A stretch of 61,118 nucleotides of DNA, the filler included, from Dugesia japonica (lineage: Eukaryota): assembly GCA_001938525.1 (NCBI GenBank). It is 6 parts of 6 records of this genome, joined end to end, with 100 filler letters (N's around TTAATTAATTAA, not from the genome) between each part and the next. Parts side by side here need not be neighbours in the genome. Positions count along the whole stretch, not along the records: positions 1 to 10,063 come from MQRL01460528.1; positions 10,164 to 20,803 come from MQRL01462531.1; 4 more parts are not named here. One strand, 5' to 3'. Positions 1 to 13,068 of the stretch are shown piece after piece. Numbering within the stretch: position 1 is the first letter of the stretch; the number at the start of each line of letters is the position of its first letter. A program made the position numbers and the translations under genes. The notes below the pieces were generated by a model. The model was not told where the DNA came from. It made no database searches and saw only the letters and a list, made by a program, of their open reading frames with translations.

Positions 1-391
1 CAGTCTCTTGCAGTTCCTTGTTTTCTTTCCTCAATATTTTAATCTCAGCTCTAACCATTTGTGGTCACTCAACGAGTCTTCTTGAGATGTTTTCGTAGTT
101 CGCGTTGACATCCTTTGAATTAAACAAATCCTAACAATTTATATAACAACTTATAAATTAAATTTATTTAACAATTTATATAATTTAGAATTTATAATAA
201 TAGCAGTTTAGTATATGTCATTTACAAATTTAGGTGACATTTCAAAGCAAATTTGTCATTATAGCAAATTCAAAAACATTTAATTTACTCTTTCGTTTTG
301 TGCAACTTATTTAATTAGCACACAAAAACAACTTTTAAATTATATTCACATTTGTTCATATACAAGATCAGACTGCAGTTTCGATAACACT

Positions 392-826
392 TTATTCTTC
401 ATCCAGAGGCTCAAGATGCCATACCAGCTCAAGCATCACCCTCTCTAAATGATTTTCCAACTGCTGGGTCACTTTCTGATGTTCCAAAATTTCACGCTCT
501 ATCAAGGTGCCTCGATGAGTTGGCTGTGGCAGACTTCTCAGATGCTGGGACACCCGTGATAAGAGATCGGTGAGTACCTGGTTCTGATGCCTAACCTCCT
601 GATCTTGTCTCGCTACCTCTTCTTTCTTGTACACTAGTTGCATCTTTAGTAACGTTATTTCCTTTTTAAGGTCTCGATTCTCCACCTCTTTGAGACGTAA
701 CTTATCGGTGGACATCCACCACGGATCCTTGTCAGCACCATAATCCGTCCAGGAATCATAAAGAATCGGCATTTGATTCGGCACCGGAACAGAGAAACTC
801 TAATCCTCCAATAATCGCATTGCTTC
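392..826 (-). pseudogene. Short coiled-coil ORF/exon of unknown function, probably a mobile-element accessory gene
   Basis: 130-aa ORF with heptad-like L/E/Q/K composition. It follows a 3' splice acceptor (TTTCTGCACAG, AG at 827-828) and an upstream ATG (818-820), with one in-frame TAG between them. Confidence 0.45.
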
Positions 827-3800
827 CTGTGCAGAAATATTAATGACTTTATTATCAATACTCATAATTATTCAATTTTAATAATAGACGAAATAAATTT
901 ATATATCACAAATTCATTGTAACTTTTTAATCAATTCTCAGTATCAACCATATACGTTGTTATTATAAGAGTAAAACAGGAGTTGGAAGTCCGCGGAGAG
1001 AGCTTAGTCTCTTATTGCTCTCGGGAACTTCCACTTCCTTCTTTACTATACGCCCGGAATTATTAGGCTTGATTTTAAGTAACGAAATTCATTTTAGATC
1101 ATTAATTAATTCGGTTGTAACATCAAAAGCATTGTGTTATAGCTATTATTTCGTATGATAACAATGTTACATTGTAATCAACAACTATATTAAAACATTA
1201 TTTCTTAATCGTCATTTTAAATGTTTACCGTTATCACGAACATCATATTTTTGAGTATTTCTACTCAACAAAGTGATTTTATGGTTCGTAATTTAAAACT
1301 AATTAAATGACAGTAGGTTTGATTATTTTACTGGTGTCGATTTTTCCCTTTGTTATGTGTTAATACAGTATTATTTAACCAATATTTTACTGAAATGTAT
1401 AAATTGTGTAATATAGTGTCTTTATTATCTTATATAAATAATCTAAAAAAACACCTTTTTTAAATCTTTTATTTTTGATGTATAAACAAATATAACGTAA
1501 TAACTCAAAATCTTATAAGCAAATTTTAATTTACCAGAGTACTGCAGCCCTTAGAGGTTAGAGTCTCTGTAAACACAAGTCTGAAAACTAACTGAAACCT
1601 TTCCGTATTTATACTGATTTGGTGATGCAAACTCCTATGCTTACTTGCAAAAATAAATAAAAATTCCTATTTACATAAAAAAAATCATTTGAAATTTACC
1701 AAAATATAGCCATACAAAAATATTTTTTCTTTCAAAATAAATCAGTCAAAAATTATTTCCCTCAAAATATACCAGTACAAATTATTTCAAAATTATTTCT
1801 TCCCACAAAATATAGCAGTTCAAGTTAGATCATTCGAAATTACACAAAATTGATTATTAAGGACAGCGTAATCAGCAAAATAAATAAATGGACTTTTATA
1901 TACATTATTGGAATATTCATCACTTTAAAAAAAAGTAAATAAAATAACAAATATAATAAATAAACTTTTTACACATAAAATAAATAAAATGAGTACAGTT
2001 CAGTAAAATAAATAAAGTTTTAAATAAATAACGTTTAATGATCAGTAAATTAACAAAGTTTAGTTATCAATTGATTGGATTCTCTGAATGACATCGTATT
2101 GATTTGATTCTGCTTCGTTGTTATTTCATCGTATGTTGAGGGTTTATTGATTTGCTGTTGATTTGGGTATCAATTATTTATTTATGGCTGGTGATTGTAT
2201 ATAATTATATACTTGTTTGTATATGTTTACATGTTATATGTATTTTAATTGGTATTATTGGTATCAATGATCTCAACAATATTACAATTTCATTATACCA
2301 AAACATTGTAGTCAAATATTAGATTATATCCGTAGGATTATGTCAGCATGGTTACCTATTATATTTGGAAAGCATATTCCTAGAATCTTTGTTAGAAATC
2401 GAGTTCAATTTATTCGAATCATTATATCGTAGTCATCATCGAAATCTTACATTGACTTATCGAGAATAGTAACTCAGGCTTATCTCAAAACTAGCATTAT
2501 CTCAAAAGCATTATAATAAAAATATTATAACGGAATCATTATATGAAATGTCATTAAAATATCAAAATATCATTAAAATATTATATCCGAAATCTTCTAA
2601 ATTTTATATGGAGATTATTATACTAAAACCTTATTTAAATCGAATAATAATTAATCAAAACAATAAATGTAAGTCAAATTAAATAATAGTTATGTGAAAA
2701 ATAATATTACCAAGATTACAATTAAAATAATGAAATAATTATTCAAAAGATAAACATTAAATTCATATCAATAATCTACACTATCATTAAAAGATAATAA
2801 TTAGATGAAGCATTATGTAGGACCTTATCTTATAGTGGATATATTAAGTTAAAAACATTACATTAAATACACGATGTTACTCGAATCCTAAGTAAAATAC
2901 AGCACGCGAATCATTATACTATAATATCACATTAATTCAAAGTATTTATCAAACACCGTGTCAATTTCATCTCAATTAAAACCTTACGGCAAGCTTGTTA
3001 AGCTCCCACTATCAAGTCACTCTATATTCTATTAAAATGTGTTTGAAAAATTCCTTTTCGATAGGAAGTGTACTATTTAATTATGAAGTCTAGCACATTT
3101 ATTTGCACTATTGTATTTGAACCTGGTTTATTCGAGCAGTATACACCTTTCTAATACATCGACTACTTTAATCAATAGAATCAATTCATAATTAATAAAA
3201 TGAGACCAATTAATAAAGGTTAAATTTCTTTAAATCAATAAAATTGATGAAATTAGTTAGTCAATTGAAACTTCTAAGTCAAAGATGAATAAATAAAATA
3301 AATTAATTGTTTGAAACCTTTTAATCAATTTTAAAGATAATAAAATAAATAAATGAAATCGATTAATTTAATCCATTTAAAATAAACTACTATTAAACTA
3401 CAGCATGAAATAATAGGCTTACGCACAATCAGCATAGACAACCAAAATCAAAAGGTTTGACTCACGATCACCACCAGAAACATAATTTCTCTACATTTTT
3501 TGTCGTCTATTTTCCCATCTTAAACAGTTCACCTTGCCACCACATATCAATCATATTTTCATTTCATAATTTCATTGTCGTACCCCATTTTCTCCAGGTA
3601 CATTTATCATCAATCATTTTATGTTTCCTTCATCAGTCGTCGCTTTTCATCTCAACTTGAAATTTCTCTCAATAGTATTTCTCAGTCGTAACCTCGGTAT
3701 CAATCATCAGGCCGGCGGGTGATCCTGGAGCCAAACATATTAACAGTAATATTCAACAATTACTTTTTGATTTTGCGATTTGATCCGATGTAGTAATTTT

Positions 3801-5920
3801 ATTGGAATTGATTATCTAACTTTCACAAAATATAATTAGTCGATAGCACTTTTTAAGATATAGTTGTGTAGTTAAGATATAATATCAGTATTTGGTGTTG
3901 TAGTGTGGCTGTAGTTTTTTCTGGTTTTATTATATACTATTTTGATTCCAGATGGGCATCGTTGCTCACAGCGAGCACCCACCTAAAAATCATTCAATCG
4001 TGCATTATCATTAGCAGTTGTTTTTGTTCGTAGTGGGTGTCATTTCACATTGTTCATTGCTTTTTATCAATGGTTTATTGATAATATTATTGTTGGTCTT
4101 CTGATTCATCATTTTGAATTTCAAATTTTGAAGTTCAACTAAGATCATGAAAACTCATTTTCAAAGGTTTTAAATAATAAATATTATTATAAAGAGCGAT
4201 ATAAACTACTAATTACAATTCACGATAATACTATTTCTTATCTCATTTTATCTCATAAGGATTTGTTTTAATCTCTTTTAGATTTTCTTAACTTGTTCTA
4301 GCCCAACAAATTACTGGGGCCTTCACAAAAATTCCGTCCCGGAATTTCCTCAGTAAAATTCCGTACTTCTCGTTTCATTTGTCGATTTCCTTTATTACTC
4401 ATTTCGCTTCCATATCAATTAAAATGTTCGATTTTACTGTTGATGATCGGTCATGACAGTACCCTCAATCAAGATAACTCCAAAATGTCTAACAAAGAAA
4501 AGAAAAGGAATAAGAAAAATAAGCATACTAATAAAAATTTGTTAATATACATATACACATCATACTATGTTAGCAATAAGATGACTGGATAAAGTCACTT
4601 TCAGTTTTTTAAAGTCATAATATTAGTCAAATGATCACATAAAATTAAAAGTTACTGTATGAGAGCTTCAACAATAGGTCAAGAAGAGGTTGTTGTCGAA
4701 GCATTGCTCTGCCGGGATTGTCGTATATTGACTTGATCTTTTTTCTTTAATCTGCAATATATATATGCGAGTAAGTAGGTAAGAGTCCTTGACTAGAGCT
4801 TCATCCCTTATTGCCCTCAGGAACTGACACCGCTTGACTAGCTACCTTATAATAGTTTAAAGATTTTAAGTTGGTACATATCTATTAAATTATTATCATT
4901 AATTTACGATTCAAGAAATATAACTATATCAACAAAATAGTTAACAATTTTAGATCACGTCCACATTTTAGAAAATATATAACTTGTTTTATGAAATAAA
5001 TATTCTAATTCAAAAATTCCTTTTCGATAGGAAATTATTGTTTAAATGTTATATCGTTCATTACTTTTACTCGTGCACCAAATTCATTAAGCAATCAGGT
5101 TTAATTAAATAGATGCTTGATCATAGCAGCTAAGAGATTAAGAGGCACATCTTTTCAAATAAAATATTTATGTTTACTTATGAACTAATATATCTCACCA
5201 TATTATCAATACTTTATGATTATTTAACCAAAATAAATGAAATTATATAAATGAATTCTAGATAAATAAAAAATTATTAACGAAATTATACATGGTTATT
5301 TAATAAGCAATTATAGAAAATCTTATTATAATTATCAAAAGGAATTATAATTATCTAAAAATAAAATAATGGAGTAAAATATCTTTTAATTCATTCTGAC
5401 ATGAAATTTACAAAATAAAATACATTTTCTTACAGATCATGCAAAACATAAAATAAGAAGCAGCACCTCGATTATCACCCGAAAGTATAGACTTTGTTGT
5501 TATTTGCCTTTCACTCAATACTCATCAGTTTCAGTCGACTTCCCTCTACCATTTCATTTCAACTGAATTTTCTTTCTACGGCATCTTTGTTTGATTTCAC
5601 TCTCGTAACCTTGTTCAAATATACTCTCTATTTTTCTTTCATCCCGAGACAACTCTTCTTGGATCTCATGTAACCTGGGGAGTTTTCAACATTGCCTTAA
5701 TTTAACTTTATTTCATCATCTATTCTAGTTAACCTCATAACAATATCATCGTTTATCTCATTTGACTTAATAAAATTTTATCATAGATTACGTTTATCTT
5801 TATAATACTTTCACCATCGATTATATTTGAACTTTTTAATATTAAATATTAAATTAGCCAGATTATAATTTATTGGATAACAACCACAATGAACAGAAAC
5901 AGGGATTAAAAAGTAAGGTC

Positions 5921-6157
5921 AGCTTTCATCATCTATATCGACCTAGAAATTCAATGGGAACATCTTGACGAAACACTAAATCTGTTTCGTCGGGGTGTTC
6001 TACCAAATCAGGGAATAACAGGTGGTCGATGAGCTGCTGAAGACGTACACGTTTACGTTGATTCGAGATTACTCGCAGGGCCCTCCGTAACTCTCCCAGC
6101 ATGTCCTAAATAAGATAGAGTTAAATTTCGATTTTATCTTGACATCGCCATGAAGCT
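5921..6157 (+). ncRNA. Candidate multibranch RNA structure (cis-element)
   Basis: 18-bp stem 5958-5975/5983-6000 with three G-U pairs, plus stems 5937-43/6024-30, 6035-39/6097-101, 6112-22/6130-40 and a closing AGCT(T)TCAT/ATGAAGCT helix. Confidence 0.45.
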
Positions 6158-9100
6158 CTTTATCTAAACCATTGTTGTCCTAGAATTCTTTATGGTTAGT
6201 AATTACTCCTTTAAATAACCTAGTGGAATTGATATATGATTAATCAGCTACATCCAAAATTATGATAACGGGAGTTAATATTTAGTGTAAAAACAGAAAT
6301 AACGACAGTGGAAAAAAAATTTTAACCGTCGCCAACCTGGGTAATGCCTATAGTGTCAACATTGTTACCAGTCATTAATCATGGTATTTTTGGAACAATA
6401 AATAATCATAACAGGGATATTAGTATTAATGATTAACTTGATAATGGTAATAATAGTAGTGATCATCAAATTAAGGGTAATAAAAAACGGAGTATTATAC
6501 CATTAATAATAACATTAACACTAGTGGGAATGTTAAAATAATCACCAATCAATAGGGAAATGGTAATGTTAACCTTCGTAAACAAGCTAACATTTACTCG
6601 TACCAGTATCAACGTTAAAATGTTAATAATTCACCTAATAATCTTCATAGTAATAACGCTAGTAATAGCCACAACTATAATCATTTTATCGGCGAGAATA
6701 GGAATGAGGATGATGGAATAAGTAATGTAAGTTAGTAATTATTTTAATAAAAATGTTAATACTGATGTTATCAATATTTATGATGATAAAAGATTAATAA
6801 ACATAATAATAATGATAATAATAATGACCTTAAGAGTAATATCAACAATAATAATACTAGTCATAATAATTATAGCCACCATAATAAAGATAACAATACT
6901 CCTATTAATAATATTGATAAGTCTTAACGATAATCATAATGCTCGATAAATTGGGTTCTCAGCAACTTTGTTTATTAAAAACGGCTCTGGATGAAATTTG
7001 CACAATGCCAATGATACCATGAATAGATCGTTGAAATATAACGGATAATAATGTCGTCATCACTCAACTTACGGAAATTGACTTAGTCACAATTTCTACA
7101 CACATGATAATCTGAACTGGGTTACACAACCAACAACATTATGTAGAAATTCAGACCTAGTTTGCTCGTCAATTCACTGGCATGATGAAACAAATAGTCA
7201 TTAGTTTACTGAGTTGCTGGATTTATCTATAACACACCTATGCAGGTAAAGAAAAGTGACACAATATTCATTGTGTATGTATCGGATTCGTCTACCAGGA
7301 CATAGTCTGGAATTTACGTTACTTTATGGTTGCCTTATTTATTCATCAATTACGTCCTCAATGATTTTCTGTAATATTGGAATTTACTCCTTTACAAATA
7401 TCAATCGATAATCTCTAGCTATGATAATGCACTATTCATGAGTATTTCTCGAAGCAAACGAATTTAATCAAGTAAAAATTGGAATGGCTGAACTCGGACG
7501 TTGTAAGTTGGTGCTTTAATAAAAATTTAATCAATTTCTCTTTTATAGTTAATAATGTGATTAAATAAAATGATTTAATAATATCAAGTTTAATTTATTA
7601 TATATTTATCATACGAAACATTCATAATAACATAGTTCAAATAAAAATTTAATTTTAGAATAATGAGAAATTTCTGCAACGAGTTTTTCATAGTCCTATC
7701 GTTTCTTGTTTTATTCCAAATTGATAGTCCAAATTCGTTTTAAGATTCTACGTAGAATAATTTCTTTTCTATTTCGATTAGTAAATTCAAATTGGTTTAG
7801 AATGTTATTACTTTGACAGTGATTTACCAACTAGTAATGAAACTTTTTCCGAGTTTATAAGATTGATTAAGTCGTGTAGCTTTTCAGCCGTTAAAATATC
7901 AAGAAAATTGATTGTTTTTCGACTAAAATCAGGGGGGGTTTTTATACCATTTCCTTTACAACTTGGAACAATTGTTATTGGCCTTCTGTTTTCTTTTTTT
8001 GATTATTTTTTCTCATTGGTGCTGGTGCCAATTTTCGTGGTTTTCTGAGAATTTCGATTCTCTATTGGTGCTATTTTTAGAGCACCATGTGGTTTTTTAT
8101 TCTTTGTTTTATTTTTCTTTTCTGGCCCCTTATTGGCTCGTTTTTCATACCGTTTTAGAGGTCTTCCTGGTGATGATAGAATTTTCTTCTTTAGAAATTC
8201 CATTGACCAGTTACCTTCTCCTTTCAGTTTTTCTTATTAGTATTCTCTAGGATTTCCTAGAGCGAAATTATCCCCCAAAAACCGATTTTCGCCCAATTTA
8301 ACTTCTTTTTTGTGGTAAATTAATTAATTTTTCCTTCGTTGATTAGTTATTATTTTACCGATCGTTTCTTTAAATTTTTATTAATAATTATAATTTTCTT
8401 TAATTATTAACTTGATTTCGGTCAGTATTTTATCCATTTGATGCTTTCTTTTTGCATTTTATCTTTTCGCCTGTTTTCGTATTGATGTAATTATTGCAAT
8501 TTTTCCACCATATCTAATTAATCTTAATCAATTTTCTTTTCCAACTCCCTTCATTATTTTTCGATTTGGGCCCCTGGCTTTGTTTTTCTTCTAAAACCGG
8601 GTGTTTCACCCCAACACTTGTCTAATTTTTATAATATCTTATCTGGTTTTCTGATTTTTTTATTCGATAATACTAGTTTTTGGATTACTCGAATATAATA
8701 ATTATAAAAGTTCATTTTTAGCATTATATTTACTTAATACAATAAATTTTTGTTTTAATCATGGTTTAACTTTAACTTAAATTGTTATATAATTATTCTA
8801 CACAAGCGATATACTTTTACCAACATAATTATTATAATATTTCCTGACTTTGATTTTTAAATAACGTTCATACTATTCTATAATCCTTTGATATATATTA
8901 TTTTATAATTGTATAACTCTCTAACATACTTTATGACATTGATAATATATAAATAAGTGTTATTATTTTCTTATTTTTATCTCCGTTTCTTTATTTTTAA
9001 ATCATTATTTAAGGTACTCCTGAATTTTCGTTTTGATTTTTTTTCTTGACTTTATTAAATTCGTTCCCTTTGTTTTAATCACTGTATTATTTCTGATTTC

Positions 9101-10063
9101 TTCGCACTTTCCTTCTCGTTTCTTTTATTATTGCACCTCTCATTCCTTAATTCCACCGTTGTATTTATTTTCTAAATTATTGGTCATTTATTTAGTTCTT
9201 TTTTTATTTATCATTTCGGGCTTTATCATTTATTTTACTCAATTATTCTTTATTATTACGTTGTTTAATTCTTTGTTTTATATTACTCCTTTAATCGTTT
9301 CATTCAATTCAATCTATTTTTCGTTTTAACTCACTAATCTTTATTTTCTTCCTTGATCTGTTTCAGTCCAACAATAAAAATATTAATAATCATGATTTAT
9401 GGCAAAAATATTAATAATATAATCACACTAAAGGAATAGATAATAATAACAATAATACTAAATTTCTTCTGGTGAATATTAATTTAAGATCAATTGAGGC
9501 TTTCATTGATATAGTAGAGAATCAAGCAAATATGTAAACAATTAACGGGATAAAGAAAAAATGCAATGACATTAATAATAAATCCTAGTGACTACAATGA
9601 TATTACCTTGATCAACTGAATGGAGTTAAGAATTGGGCGAATATAATTTGGGAAAAATTATAATTAAAACAACGAAAGAAAATTTTATTTGCTTAGAATA
9701 AAAGGTAACAACATGTTTTAAATTGTCGATATTTACTACCGATTTTTATTTAAGCTAATGCCCATGAATCATTGATACGAGAGGCAATTAACTAGTGTTA
9801 CTAAGGTTGCATGCATGGGGATATTATCGCTAATATTTCTATTACTTATCATAATTGTCTTTAGAAGATTTATACAGGGGAATTTTTCTATGATTGTTGT
9901 CATGAGAGAAAATTGTGAATGGGAAATTTCGTGAATAGAGCGATGAAAATACGTTTTTTTTGTGTTTTCTCGTAGGTTTAATTTCTACTAGATAATTTTT
10001 TCGCACTCCAGCATCCTTCTTAAAATTTTCACATGGATCTTTCTTGTATCTTCTTTGGTTAAA

Positions 10064-10163
10064 NNNNNNNNNNNNNNNNNNNNNNNNNNNNNNNNNNNNN
10101 NNNNNNNTTAATTAATTAANNNNNNNNNNNNNNNNNNNNNNNNNNNNNNNNNNNNNNNNNNNN
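10064..10163. other. Assembly contig spacer (N44-TTAATTAATTAA-N44)
   Basis: Identical 100-bp spacer occurs five times; the 12-mer has stops in all six frames. Confidence 0.97.
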
Positions 10164-10465
10164 TCTAGAAAAATGATGAGTCATCCTGATCCGCCCAGTG
10201 CCATGCAAGTGATCCAGCGCGCCACTATCACACTACTTGAATGTCCAAGAGCAGTAAGTTTAGATTGTGGGAAAGCGTTTGAATCCAGAGTTATGAGAGA
10301 ATTTGCATAGAAGCTAGATATTAAACTTTGCTTTTCGAGTACCTATCATCATAATGCAAACGGACAAATTGAAAGACAGTTAGGGCAATTTGAGATTTAA
10401 TTAATGCAACACTTCAGCAAAGAAAGACAACAGATTGGGTTGATCTTTTACCAAAATCTATCCAA
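10164..10465 (+). pseudogene. Gypsy LTR-retrotransposon integrase core fragment
   Basis: Translates as ECPRAVSLDCGKAFESRVMREFA*KLDIKLCFSSTYHHNANGQIERQ...TTDWVDLLP, matching the rve D...NGxxER signature, with stops. Confidence 0.85.
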
Positions 10466-10695
10466 GATCAAGACAGTTTAAGCAGATTTTAAAATGAGTG
10501 AAAATCTAAAATTTGTACTATTTATACCAGACGTGATTACATAATGATTTATAAAAAAAAAATTATTTACATAAAAATTTTCCATAAAATTGCAAGGATA
10601 TTTTCCATAAAATAAATAAAAATTCTAGAATTTTCCATTAATTTACACGAAAAATTTCTATTATTCATTTATTTATATTAAAATATTGAATAGTT

Positions 10696-11060
10696 CAGAG
10701 ATCGGGAACCTTCGACTTTTGTGAGTATTTTGCGTGGCCTCCGTAAAAGTTAGTTCTTGTATTAATTGTATATTTGATTATAATGTACAAATATCTCACT
10801 GAATTAAGTTTTATTAGTTTTCTATTATTTTTCTTTATAATAAATTTATTTAAAAATACTAATTCTACTTTATTATTATTCTTATTTGAAGTGGTATTTA
10901 AATATGAAAATAGTTGCTTATTCTCAAAAATAACTACAAAAAAATTGAAATAATTTCATAAAAGTGGCATGTTAAAGTCGAAATATCAACTAATGCGGCC
11001 TTCTTCATTACAACCTTATTTTAATGTAGCATCTAAGAGTAAAAAGGTTCTCCATCTATG
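10696..11060. mobile_element. Non-autonomous hAT element (MITE), 365 bp
   Basis: Imperfect TIRs CAGAGATCGGGAACCTT / AAGGTTCTCCATCTATG with a perfect 8-bp TSD GAATAGTT (10688-10695 and 11061-11068). Confidence 0.85.
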
Positions 11061-11516
11061 GAATAGTTCATAATAAAACTCACAAAAATAAAATAAAATT
11101 AATCTGAATAAAATTTGCAATGATTTACGTAATGAAATTGTTTCATAATAATAAATAATCCTTAAATCCTACCAGTTAAAAAAAAATAGCCAGAATGATC
11201 AAATTGATGAGCTATCTGGATCTGGTTTTGTTTTTGAATTATTTTGTTGATATCTGGTTGGTCCATTTGTTGTGATGTGCTTATGTTTGTTATTTATAAT
11301 TGTTATATGTTGATTGTATGTGTCTGTCTACATGAATGTTTAGATGTTTTCGGCAATATTTTAGCATTGGCCAAGGTTGCTTGACCGCTCCGGTGCGCGC
11401 CTATTGCACTGCTTATGGTACTTTTGTAACTTACCCATTTAGTAAAATGAAACAAAGATTATCTTTTAAAACATTTAATAATATTAAATCAATTTATTTA
11501 TTCAATAATAAAAGAA

Positions 11517-12224
11517 ATGTCTTTAAATTCAGTTATAAATATCATTTTGATTGTTTCCGGATGTACATTGTATATTTTAGCAGCATCAATGCCCACATGG
11601 GATTGCGGAAATATTTTCCGAGATTGTGAAAGTTTGGTTTATATAACTGCATTACGAATTTTTGTTGTTTTAACAATATTTAGCGGAATGATTAGTGTAA
11701 TATTTGAAATTCTTGCATTTAATGAGCCAGAATTGATGGAAAGTTTTGGAATGAAAATTATTCGTTTACTACTTTACAGTGTTTCAGCGATTTGTTCTCT
11801 AACGAGTGTTATGATATGGACAACACAATCAGGTATTTGGTCTTTTTTATTTGGATCCATAGCTACCACATTGGTTACAGTAATAACTTTTCGTATTGTA
11901 AAAAATGCTATCTTCAAAGCATCATTGTTAAAGTCTAGTACCAAAATTTCACCTTATCGTTCATTCAAAGAAGGTTCGAGTAAGTTAAAAATTTCAGAAG
12001 GAAAATCTACAAAAAATTTGTCGATTGAAAAACCGACTAGTGCTCTGTCTGATTATTCAAATCCAAATTTAAGTGAAAATTCAGCTAGTTGGAAAAATCA
12101 AAGTCCAGAATCAAGTTATTCATCATCCTCTGCCAAAACTAAAACTGCTGAAAGTCATTTAGAAGTTAACACCAGTACAGTTTATTCCAACGTTGATTTA
12201 ACTAAGTTTAATATGGAAAAATGA
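11517..12224 (+). CDS. Four-transmembrane claudin/PMP22-like protein with Ser-rich cytoplasmic tail
   Basis: Intact 235-aa ORF with four hydrophobic segments and a short first loop WDCGNIFRDC; AATAAA just after the stop. Confidence 0.7.
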   Translation: MSLNSVINIILIVSGCTLYILAASMPTWDCGNIFRDCESLVYITALRIFVVLTIFSGMISVIFEILAFNEPELMESFGMKIIRLLLYSVSAICSLTSVMIWTTQSGIWSFLFGSIATTLVTVITFRIVKNAIFKASLLKSSTKISPYRSFKEGSSKLKISEGKSTKNLSIEKPTSALSDYSNPNLSENSASWKNQSPESSYSSSSAKTKTAESHLEVNTSTVYSNVDLTKFNMEK

Positions 12225-12744
12225 GTTGTTAGTTTTTAAATAAAATTAACTCAAATATTAATTTAATATCAGCTAAATGATATTATTTTACGCGTTAATT
12301 ATAAATTAAAATAATCAATTCTTTTAAAGAAATTGAATTCTTCTTCAATAACCGTGGTTAGTATTAAATTTCACATATTAAATAATAATTAAACTGAACA
12401 TATTATTGAAAAGAAACTGCTTTTTTAGTATACTTGTTATAATCCTATGAAAATACAATACAAACGAAATAACACTTTAAGTTCCATCAAATTAAAATAA
12501 CTTTTTCAAAATTATACCTAATTTATTTCTATTCGACTCGCGAAAAGTAAACTTCATATAAAGTTTCTTAAATAGCTATGTACTCAATGCTTAATTTTCT
12601 AATCTGAATAATAAAACACTACTAAAAAGATAAAATCATAAGTATTTACATAATACATAAAAAGCAACGCAATTGTATAAGAACAGAATTAAAACATGAG
12701 ATTTCTTAAAACAAAATAGTCTTAACTTTATTTTGGAATAAATT

Positions 12745-13068
12745 TTAGAAAGTATTTACATCGTTGACCATATCAATTGATTCAACTTCATTTTTACATA
12801 ATAAGACCTTAGTAATGTGTTTACCAGGAATCATTAATAATCCAATATTACGTGTTAGATTTTCATATTGAGATTCTTCTGGACTAGGATATTCAATACA
12901 ATTTTTCATTACAATATTTGCATTACAGTCTGTACAAATTAAATTACCTTTTACGATTCTACCATCAGAAATTTCGATTTTTAAAGGGAAATTAAAAAAT
13001 TCATCAAAAATATTAGTGATATGACTTTTATCAGTTTCATTCATTACATGACAACTAGAAGCACTCAT
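12745..13068 (-). CDS. NAA38: LSM-domain NatC auxiliary subunit (NAA38/LSMD1-like)
   Basis: LKIEISDGRIVKGNLICTDCNANIVM (Sm1) and RNIGLLMIPGKHITKV (Sm2); the CTD and MxPGxHI motifs are typical of LSMD1. Confidence 0.8.
   Translation of the reverse strand: MSASSCHVMNETDKSHITNIFDEFFNFPLKIEISDGRIVKGNLICTDCNANIVMKNCIEYPSPEESQYENLTRNIGLLMIPGKHITKVLLCKNEVESIDMVNDVNTF

Noticed and set aside
1621-1632. GGTGATGCAAAC shared with the reverse complement near 58400
   Set aside because: A lone 12-mer match is expected by chance in 61 kb and the flanks do not align.
6030-6070. Hammerhead ribozyme (CTGAAGA plus stem)
   Set aside because: The required GAAA after stem II is absent.
7863-9329. Hydrophobic and Lys-rich ORFs in the ORF track
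   Set aside because: Products of strong T/A strand skew, with no recognisable motifs.
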